DNA of 60,000 nucleotides from Lytechinus pictus. Lineage: Eukaryota. Below the pieces are notes generated by a model, which was not told the origin of the DNA, did no database searches, and was given only the letters and a program-made list of their open reading frames with translations. The position numbers were made by a program, and so were the translations under genes. The DNA lies in NCBI RefSeq assembly GCF_037042905.1, contig NC_087245.1, positions 14,262,001 through 14,322,000 on the forward strand, in the 5' to 3' direction. Positions 49,999 to 60,000 of this stretch are shown piece by piece. The stretch's first letter is position 1. The number at the start of each line of letters is the position of its first letter.

Positions 49999-52900
49999 CT
50001 GAAGGACAAGAAATAATGATATAATGAAATGAATTGAATAAATAATTGCGATATTCTTTAAATCGCATTTACATTTAGTTGGAGCAGACATATAGCCTGC
50101 ATGATTCTATTAAAGATAATACATATTTATTTCTCTTGCGCTAAGTAGAACATTACACTCTTGTTTTTTGTTTCTATTTTGCATTTTCATATTAGCTATT
50201 ACATTAATTTTTTTCGTAATTAGAATTATGAATTCTACTTACAAGATGCAATACGCATAGTTGGAACCATGCTTATACCATAAAGCTTTCATCACAAAAG
50301 AAAATCCCCATTTCATCAAACTTACCATGATAACTCCGCCGTTAATTGTACCGTCCGAATTCTTGATTATTATTGGCTGTTATAAGCCCGTTACAAAGTC
50401 AGTTAAATCTAAATGACAAACTGACCATACCTTGGGTATTTATTCCTATATTTTCTCAGTTGTAACGTTGACTCTCATTTTGATATTATTCTTCTTTTTG
50501 ATATTTTTCTCAACTTTTCTTTTCACTACATGACCCCCCCCCCCTCCCAAAAAAGGGGGGCGTTCGCCCATACCCCCCTCCTGTAGCACAGCCGTGATCA
50601 CGGCAGTAACTTTTATCAAATGTATTTACCATTCCTTCTGTCTGTGTTAAGTGATCATGGTGGCGTCGTCTAAATTTCACCCCCACATAACGCAGGAAGA
50701 TCACGAGCAAGATGAGAAAGAATGATGCAGAAAGAGCACCGAAGATTATTGAGAACTTACGAGAAATGTTTGTCCATTGCATGTTCAGTACTAGAAATAA
50801 AATAGGTGGAACTTAAAGTTGTAAGTAGGTCTAAAAATTATTCCAACGAGGTATCAAAACGAAAAAAGGAAATAAAGGATGTATTACATGATGAAAAAGC
50901 TTTAAGAATAATTAATTGCAAAGGCAATATTATAATAATACTCGTTCAAAACGCACATTAAAATCAGGATTTCATCACCATAAATGCGTTATATCACATG
51001 TATATAAAGTGTGACGGGCTTTGTTGCATATGACCCTACACCCTTAAAAAAAAACTACGACCAAGAAAACAAAATAAATAGGAGAAACGGAAATAAAATG
51101 GAAACGGATGAAAATGAAATACATGTATGTCAAAAATCTCTTACAAAATTGGATTTTCGTTTTCTAAAATTAAAAATGCTAGAATTTTCGCCTTCTCACG
51201 ACTTTTGTGAAATTGTCCTCTATGTGCCATGGTAGTTCCTTTATTTTTTTTTTGGGGGGGTGAGGGGGGGGCTCATCATGCCACTGTTTGAGTGAAACAT
51301 TTTTTTTTATTTATTCCCATATTGTCAATCCTTATTCTTATTATTTTTGGTGAGCGCCCTCTTAAAAAATACCCAGCACAAGAAGCAACAGTAAAGACAT
51401 TATTTTTTTTTAGAGAGTGGTTTGAGAATTGTTTCAATCAATAGCGGATCCAGGGGGAGGCACATCTGGCTCCCTCCCCCTTGAGAGTCATAGTCAATAT
51501 TTTTAATGTAAATATGCCGGTAATACACAAGTGTGCCCCCTTTTTAGAGCCACAGGAAGACAATGAGGATCATTTGCTTCTCAAAATTGACGCGGGACAA
51601 AAATGACCTTCATTTTTTACTGAAAACCTTTTTTTCTTTTCCTTTTTTGCTTGTTAAATTTTCCTAGGGAAAATGTGCCCCCTCCCTCTTTTGAAAATCC
51701 TAGACCCCCCCCCCTTTGTTTTAACAAAAGTACGAAGGTTTGCTATGCAAGTAGGCCTAATACAAAACTGATAACAGACAGTTACTTACTCGAAAACGAT
51801 TTCTCTTTGGGGGCGTGAGTAAAAAGTTTTACCTCTTTTCTACTCACAAGATAAAGTATCTGTCTAACATACCCCCATTTATTGTTGTTCCTGGATGTAC
51901 AGCACTGCTTTCCAATGTAATGACGTCATTGCTACCCCGTTCCGATGGGGATGAAGATATTGGTATGGTAGTTACACTTTGAAGTAGTGTAGACTGAGCT
52001 GTAGGTAAGAAATAAAAAGAACAATTTTATGAAATCTTTTGGCGTACACGCAAATTATGATGGGAGGCAAGACGGTTACAAACTAGACAGTGCTATTCCA
52101 TACACTCTAAATTCCAAGGATTTACAATAAATCCGGATCGGCTGTGAATAGTGTCCGGTCGAATTTTGAATTTATTTTAAATCTCAAAAGATTTAAATTC
52201 AAATCTTTTAGATTTATATTTAAATCAACAATGTTTAAATCTAAATCTAAAATTCGGCTGGTCAATATTCACAGTCGATCTGAATTTATTTTAAATCCTT
52301 GGAATTTATAGTGTATTTTTAATTTTATAACAGGAGTAATATACACGACACACACCTCTTTTTATACTCTTCCTTCTTCTATCTTCCGTTTTTTCTTCCC
52401 CCTTTTTTTTTTTTTTTTTTTTACACTTCTCGCAAAATCATGGTGGCTGTAGCACCCTGCTATCTATAGCACCCTGAACACAAGTGATATTCATACAAGG
52501 AATTGCGGATACTATTATCCAGGCATCCCTGGCCAAGGGAAACTCGCATCAGCATGAGGGTACTTCTTCCTTCAGGTTCCTGCCAATACAACTGGCGTAC
52601 TGAAGTGCTACTGCTGCTCCCAATCCCCTACACTCTTAAAAAGGTTGAGCAAAAAAAGGCAAAATTTTCAATCATCACTGGGTAACATACTGTTCACACA
52701 ACTATTGATTAAAATCTGTCCAAATTTGGTAATAAACACTAATAATTGGGTAAAAAATTTGCTCAATTGGATAATAATTACCCACAATATATATTGTGTT
52801 TTAAACAACATACATTACCCAACACAGTGGACAGTATGTTGCCCAACATTTTAAGTGTGTATAAAAATGTGTAATACCTGATTTAACCATTATTGATTGA

Positions 52901-55900
52901 TTTTCTTTGGTAGTTTATATATGTATTATTTCACATTTTTATTTGATGAGAATAAAGTAAATTAGAATTTGAATATCGAAGTTTAAAATCATCTAATTTC
53001 TTTAAATATCATTCCAATTTGACATTTTACTCGCCAAAGTTATGACAAAAGTAATGATTAATGATATAAAATGCTATTTTGTAATTTTTCGCTTTGCCCC
53101 TTGCAATTTTCAAAGATATTTCTCTATATTGAAAGCCTCAACCACAAATTTATGCCTCATAACGTCCATGGACCTATCCACGGAGGATTATCTATTGTTA
53201 CTGGGGGTGCTGTGACAATGCTCAGCACCCCCAGTAACAATAGACTAATCCTCCGTGGATAGGTACATGATAACGTCACTGCTTAATGCGATCATACTAA
53301 TTACTGATTTTACAAGTGAATAATTATTAAGACATTTTTTAAAATAAAATATGATAATATGATGACGCGTTTCATCATCATTTGTCATCTAAGAAGTTGG
53401 CACGTTGAGAACTTTGTTTTGAGTGGTCGATATGTACAGGTATCCGACTGTCACTATAGTTATTATTATGTCCGTTTACTGAGGCATTTTATCTCCATTA
53501 CTTTCTTTCATACATCGAATAGACAGCGTTTATGATAAAGCACACGTTTAATGGTGCTTCAAAGAAAAAAAAAGTGTTTTAATGGCCTAGCAAGGGTTGT
53601 TAAAACTTGCTTAGATTTTAACCTTAAAAACACAAGCAGTTGGAATCTCAACTGAAAGGTAAGGAATATCTTCATCTAATTTTTAAAACGTTTAATACAT
53701 ATTTTTATATTTACAAATTCAAATTTTACGAAAATTTTTCTCTATCAAAAGCAACATGAAATACATAGACAAATCGCTTGTCATATATATCTCCCATATT
53801 TCCCATCCTCATTAGTGGCAAACATCAAATTTCTTATATGATTTCATTACAAGCCTGGGAATTAATCTGCAATATAGCAATAACAACGCTCAATGTTAAC
53901 AAAATCTACACAATAGAACCACAACACTGGGTATTTACGAAACTGCATAGGCCGCCTAGCTGCTCCGACTGGACAATCATAAAACGTAAAAAATACGTCA
54001 TAGTGACATCATTATGACGTTAACATTACAGTCATGGAATCGTGAAATTATTTGTTTCTCACCAACTTGTTCAATTGCCCGCAATTCTATCCGAAAACCG
54101 GATTCGGCGGTGACGAAATCCGTAGTGAATATGATCAGTACCGAGGACCGGAGAGAAATAAAATATCTATACTCGCTGATTTCGATCAAATTCCCAGTTA
54201 GATCGTGCCAGCTATCCATCTGGTTTGAGAACCTTTTTACACCATCGCCGATGTAGAGATGGTCCCTATTGAACTCGAGATCGAAGTGGTGAACGATGAC
54301 GGATACGACGAATCCATCGACGGCTTGGAATTTCCAAAATCGGTAGCAGTTTTGGGGGTATTCGGTGGGATAGCTTGAAGACTGAATGAAATAACTCTCA
54401 CTTGCATCAAGGGTGATTTCATCTGGAAAAAAATACAACGAAGTCGCTAAAATTGAAGCGAGCAACACAATCAATAATGAAAATTCAATTCATGGCCTAT
54501 CTTTAGTTTTACTAAATCCTCCTAACGTACATATCACTTTTCCAATTGATTGCTAGATTGTTTGAATGTATGTGCCCTAAAACGGCAGTGATGACTGTGA
54601 CGAAAATAGAATAAGAATGCATTTTATACACTCTAAAAAATATTGGGTAAAAATGCTCCATGAGGGTAATTGTGTGTCCAACCAACATTGGACATTTCTT
54701 TTGGGCATTTTTATTTATCCAGTGTGATTAACAATTTTGCCCATTCTAAAGTAACTGCTGCTTATTTTCTAACCTTACTGGGCAATATGCTTCCCGCATT
54801 GGGTAAAATACTGCCCTAAATTGCAACCGCGTAGCCAGGATTTCATTTTGGAGGGGGCGGTAAATGCACGCGAAGCGTGCCAACACTTACAGAGCGCGCG
54901 AAGCGCGCTCCCTAGGGGGTGGGTGCAGGGAGGGGGAGTTTCCCCCTCCCGCGCGAAGCGCGAAGCTTTCGGTGTTTCATAAATTGAAATAAAAAGGAGC
55001 CGCCTCCCTTGTCTCTAGTACCTATATCAGCTCCAATTCATTTGACTACTTGTGATTTTGAACCTTGTTTTCAAAAGTGATTTTAAAACGAACAAAAAAG
55101 GGATAAAATGGAGGAAATTGAAATAATATTAACCCCGCGCGAAGCGCGGAAGCTAAAGCGTTTTTTAATTTTTTTTGCAAAGAAAATGATCCCGAGAAAA
55201 GGTTATTTTCTAAGTTGTATTGCTAGTACTTCCCTTGGAAAGATCAGGTTTGATTACAAACAATTTAGCGACAGTGCATATCTTAACTCGCAAAACAGAG
55301 GAGAAGAAGGATATATGCCGGGAGGAAGATATTCCTCCCCGCTCAGAGCAATGAAACTCTGAAATTTCAAACGGGCGGACGTTTCATCAAATGTAGATAT
55401 CTCTAATTCAGTTAATTTTCTAAGATTATTGAACTTCATTACAAGGAAAATAGTGCGCAAAAAGTTGAAACTTCTGTGATTATTGAAATTATATAAAACA
55501 CGATGATGTATAATTTATTTCACTTATCCTGATGCGCTTCACTTTGAATGATAAAGAAATTTAAGTGTCATTCAAAATTTCAAACTGAGGGCGCAAAACA
55601 GGACAGGAGATGAATGTGCTGGGAAATGACATGAAGTTGAATAGAATTTGATAAAAAAATATTGCACTTTTTTTTATTTAATACGACACGAATTTTATAC
55701 CTTCCTCTTTTTCAATTAGAAACCTGTTTGCCCCCAAATTACGGTTGTTTAGTAATGAGCTGAAAAGCGGGAGAAGTTGCCTATATGGAGGTGACGGCAG
55801 AAATTGAGATAAAGATTTTACCCGCCAAGGAGCCGACCCGACCAGAAGTTGCGCGATCAATTAAAAAAAAAAGATAAATTCATATACTTCGGCCTAACCT

Positions 55901-56912
55901 TACTCTAATTCCATGCCCTAATGTATACGTTTGAACTTTAACGGGCAAGAAACACATATAGCTGAGGTGGAAAAACAGGGTTATAGAGAAAGGGTGAGAG
56001 AAACAAAGGAGAACTGCAATATTGTCATTTAACCGCGGAAGCAAAATTCATATATATAAATTTAGAGCAAGAGTTAAGGAGTTTCTTTTTTGAGAAAAAA
56101 AAAAGAATAAAAAGAAAAACCCACAAAGCTACCTTTCTTCCCTTTCCTCTCTTCGCTTTTCCTTTTCTCCTCTCTTTTTCCCCTTCTTTTTTTTTCTTTT
56201 TGGGGACGTTTTGGGGGGGGGGCGACCGCCCCCACCGCCCCCCCCCCCCTGGCTACGCGCCTGCTATTGGTTGGACACATAATTACCCTCGTGCTGGTTA
56301 AAATTTTGCCCAATGTTTTTTACAGTGTAGTATGTAGAGGAGGAAAATAGAAAGGTAGAAAGAGGAGGTGAAGAAACGGGAAAAATATAATAAGATAAAA
56401 GACACAGAGAAGAACAAAACGAGGGGTAAGCGGGCGGAGGAAATTTATAAACAAGGTACAGAGGACAATACCACAGTCCCTTTTTTATATTCTTAGACAA
56501 TTGTTTAATCAAACATATATATTTATATCTCTTTTTTTTTTCTTGTTATGACTACCTGTTTGATTGACGACTGTGATCTCCAGTGAAAAGGATGCTGATA
56601 TTGAATTAATGTAAAAACCTATCCAGACTGCATTCCTGAGAGAAGTTACTTGACTCGTCATAGTGCGTCCGCTGAACTTTGCCAAGGTGGTGTACTTTCC
56701 GTCACTTGTAAACATTGCATTATGGGTACTATCTGGTTTGAGTCCATCGCCGATGCTGATGAAATCAATACCGGGTACCAGGTTGAAAGAAATGAATTTG
56801 ACCCGGATCCGAAAATGTTCGGACGTATTGAAAGAAAGAGTTTGCCATTGTCCATGATTTACCTGACCGGTTGACAGACGTCTTACTGAATCTGTTGATA
56901 AAAATGAATGCT
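48982..56912 (-). CDS. CUB-domain type I membrane protein, 3' part (CUB, CUB, Ser/Thr stalk, TM, long cytoplasmic tail); 5' exons extend beyond window
   Basis: Exons 56556-56912, 54063-54422, 51873-51998, 50630-50790, 48982-49998; GT-AG, phases 1-1-1-0 consistent. Confidence 0.8.
50630..50790 (-). CDS. Transmembrane exon
   Basis: FSIIFGALSASFFLILLVIFL followed by RYVGVKFRRR; ttctag| and ATG|gtaaat. Confidence 0.85.
51873..51998 (-). CDS. Ser/Thr-rich stalk exon
   Basis: ctacag|CT...G|gtatgt, 126 nt symmetric phase 1; QSTLLQSVTTIPISSSPSERGSND... Confidence 0.65.
52101..52315. mobile_element. Palindromic MITE, TA-CACT ends
   Basis: tacactctaaattccaaggattta ... taaatccttggaatttatagtgta. Confidence 0.75.
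53167..53269. mobile_element. 103-bp hairpin MITE with 8-bp TSD (hAT-like)
   Basis: ~46-bp near-perfect arms; ATAACGTC at 53159-53166 and 53270-53277. Confidence 0.85.
54063..54422 (-). CDS. CUB domain exon
   Basis: IQSSSYPTEYPQNCYRFW..FDLE..DHLYIGDG..FTTD....SGF; 360 nt, symmetric phase 1. Confidence 0.9.
54628..56330. mobile_element. TA-CACT MITE interrupted by a nested ~1.44-kb element (54824-56263)
   Basis: Outer mirror tacactctaaaaaatattggg..gagggtaattgtgtgtccaaccaa / ttggttggacacataattaccctc..ttttttacagtgta; inner ends cgcgtagccagg / cctggctacgcg. Confidence 0.7.
56556..56912 (-). CDS. Divergent CUB domain exon
   Basis: IRVKFISFNLVPGIDFISIGDG..FSG...VTS..NAVWIGF; 357 nt, symmetric phase 1. 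Confidence 0.8.
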
Positions 56913-59419
56913 CTGAAATAAAAAGAAAAATATAAGTCATAATAAACAGTTAGGATGTTGTGATTTTCGTAATGATTATTAATCATCTTCATAAACAAGC
57001 GGAATACATGGAAATGCTTTATCACCCAAATACATACAATATATTTGGAAGGAAATGGACAGAAATATCCAAATGAAGGTAATTGTCTTTTACACGTGGA
57101 TTTTTGTTCTTACAACTTGTTGTTATATCGGCATACATGGCTATTTTACGATTTTGCGGTACCAAACACTTGTCTGTATAATATGCTCTCATGCCCGTAA
57201 TCTGAACTCGGGTTTAAAGTTGTGGTTTAACTATGGAGAGCCGATTGGAGCACAAATCCCCGGAACAACACACATTCGATTTATTAACTCATATGACACC
57301 CAAATTGTTCATAATTGTTTGGGAATGAAAACTGAAGTATTTTTCTTCATAAATGAAAGCAAAATGAAACAAAATAATAAAAATAAGAAATATACAATAT
57401 AAACAGAATTTTTGAACTTTTGGCTCCCCATAATTTTAGCACAGAGTTAGAGACCGTGGTCTAAGTTAAACCTGACTTTAGAATACGGGCCTATGGGTTA
57501 AGATTGAAAAAAGGATGTAATAAGTACACCAATAAGGTCAATGCGATCCCGCTGTCAAAATACTTGCTAATTTGAATCATTTTTATTAACGTCAATATTC
57601 CAATTTGCATGCTCTTTTTGTATGAGTGCCAGAAACCGATGACCAATTACGACTATCTGCCAAGGGCTTACACTATCAATTGCCATTATTACAGTGGCAC
57701 TATTATACTTTGTACCAATATTACACTTGTCCTATACAAGAAGCCCTAGTCGATATTTGTTGTACTTATATGGGCTTTCCTCAGAATATGACAGGGGGTA
57801 GAATTTAACGTTTGTGCGAGATACCATGCCAATTCACATAGATCAAATAATTTCATATTATGTTCTGAAGCCCAGACCAACCTATTGTGTGAAAATACGA
57901 TTTAGGAGGCCACTTGAACCGTTCTTTGATATCAAGTGGATTTGTTTTAATCATGTACTTGAGTTATCCCTTTCTTTTCCTGTAACCAGTGGCAACACCA
58001 ATCTAATACAAGTAGGGGATAAGTGGATTGCAAAACAAAATGTTGGCCAGGGTATGGGCGGACAAGAACAAAATGCGTGTACCGCGAATCGAGCGCGAAG
58101 CGCGAGAATCATATCTGGTATATATGCAAAAGAAAGCTTCCTAAGAACGAGTGAGGAAAACTTTAAAAATTTACAAGAAAAATAATATTATTTGTCTTTG
58201 CACCTTGAATGAGAAGCTTATGTCAGAATTTAATTCCTATTTACAAATTGCTAAACAAAATTGTCATTTTTTTTTTATTTCTGGGGGTAGGCAATTGTCC
58301 CTATATGCCCCATTGGTTCAACGGCTTGCTGTTTTTTTTACTCCCTTCACAATTTGTTTATTTCTGTTATATGGGGGCTAATATCCTTCTACCTCCTTCA
58401 TCTCGTATAAACGTTACAACAAAACTAAGTATCTCTGTACACAAAACTAACAGGGAACTCTGTAAAATTTTCAACTTTCAGTTTCTGGTCAAAACTATTA
58501 CACTTTGTATTCACACAAAATATAGTCCTACACTAAACGAGGAAACAAAATGTATTTTGTGGAAGGCAATGCTATTTGGGATATAGAGTTTTACACTATA
58601 TATGAAGATGAAATAAGTAATCGTGAAAACCAATGTGTTTGTTTTCAGCTGAAATATCACTTCAGAGAAATGCAATCAAAGTCTGTAGAAGCATCGGAGT
58701 TCAAAGGGAAATGTGAGAACGAAACGAATTAAACAATACATGTCAAATTTGAAATTAATAAACGGAACAATTTAAAGGCAGCAAAGAAATATGATGACCT
58801 AGTAGTGCAAATTGCATCTCTCAATAAATTGTCATTACAAGCAGTTCATAGTTGCCATGTATTACTATGATTCAATTATATATTTATTTTCACACTTTGA
58901 AAACACATTGAAATATAACGCAACATAGGTAACAGCATCAATATATTATCATAAGAAAAATATCTTGGCTTGTCAGAGATGACTACCTGACATGATTAAT
59001 CTCAAATCCGTCTTGAAATCACCGATTATGCTATTCATTTGGATTATGTTCTAATGGAAATAAATATAAAATTATGAAAATGAAAGAAATGAAGATAAAA
59101 CTGAAGGCTTGAATCACGCCTGATATTAGGCATGCAGCAATACACAGTGTCGGATGCATATTTGAAAATAAAATGTTGATTTGACTAATGAGCCCCTGAT
59201 ATTATACATGTATCTGTAGAACTAGTCGATTTACGGTGAGAATAGTTAGCATTGCTCTTTGATACTGGATTAGTATCACTTGATTTCCCTCATAATATGA
59301 TTATAAATCAATTTCAAAATCAAAGCAATTAAACTAAAAATACAAACTTTCTCTCATACAAACCCATGTACGAAATAAATTGCATTACTAGCGTTGTTAT
59401 TGATTTATCATTACCATTC

Positions 59420-59630
59420 GGGCCTACCATTGTCATCAGTGTCATCATTGTGATCATAACTTTTAGGAATGATCATGATGGTCATCATTGTCATAATGAA
59501 ATTATTTATTTTGTTATCAAAGCCATCATGGCCGTCGTCGTCATCATCATCATCCCCGTCATCATCGTCATCACCACCACCACCACCATTGTCATCATCA
59601 TCGTCCTTGTCGTCATCATCGTCATCAACT
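59420..59630. repeat. (CAT/CGT/CAC)n microsatellite
   Basis: Direct reading. Confidence 0.85.
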
Positions 59631-59648
59631 TTATAATCGGACATGATT

Positions 59649-59830
59649 GTGGGCTCAATCGGTTGAGCGCCCGCCTCATAGAGATTTGGGTTCGATCTCT
59701 GCTGGCAGAGTGATACCAACACTTTTAAAATGGGACACTCAGCCTTCCTGCCAAGCGATCGACATTTCAGAATGAAAAAAGGCTGGGATTTGTGAGATGA
59801 CGACAGCATGGTTATTGTTACGCATGACAA
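59649..59830 (+). mobile_element. tRNA-derived SINE fragment
   Basis: A-box-like GGCTCAATCGG and B-box-like GGTTCGATCT, followed by a non-tRNA body. Confidence 0.55.
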
Positions 59831-60000
59831 ACTAGAAAAAAGAAGGTATCATTGTTATTATCAATGTCATTATCATAAACAATATTGTTATCGCGTTCAC
59901 TGTGTTAACCATTAGGTACTAATCCGAACCTTATTAGTCACAGAAGCAAATATCGGCTCAACTGAAAACGAAATGAAAGTGAACTTACTTCCTCCAGAGC

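Noticed and set aside
59366..59830. Poly-Asp and poly-Ile ORFs
   Set aside because: (CAT)n microsatellite plus SINE fragment.
59989..60000. Possible upstream exon end of the CUB gene (GCTCTGGAGGAA|gtaagt on minus strand)
   Set aside because: Good donor consensus, but only 12 nt are visible, so frame and identity cannot be supported.

Overview
This is eukaryotic, AT-rich, intron-rich DNA. The repeat content suggests an invertebrate deuterostome such as a sea urchin (inference). (1) 328-25328 (+) holds the 3' half of a Trio/Kalirin-family RhoGEF gene. Fifteen phase-compatible GT-AG exons encode the end of PH2, a Ser/Lys-rich linker, SH3, Ig, FN3 and a Ser/Thr kinase. A probable in-frame, repeat-derived alternative terminal exon lies at 4826-6566. 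(2) ~30360-34980 is a decayed L1/Tx1-type LINE. (3) 36004-40935 is the standout: a 4,932-bp element that is almost entirely one palindrome. It has Polinton/Maverick-type ends (AGTAGT...ACTACT, 6-bp TSD GGGGTC) and two mirror copies of a C2H2 zinc-finger gene. Its centre is a 10-bp satellite flanking two tandem hairpins in flip/flop configuration, and it encodes no polymerase, integrase or capsid. (4) 48982-56912 (-) holds the 3' part of a CUB-CUB-TM receptor-like gene with a Tyr-motif-rich tail. Introns and intergenic DNA carry tRNA-derived SINEs, many MITEs, a Helentron-like element and minisatellites. All calls come from reading the sequence; no database search was run.
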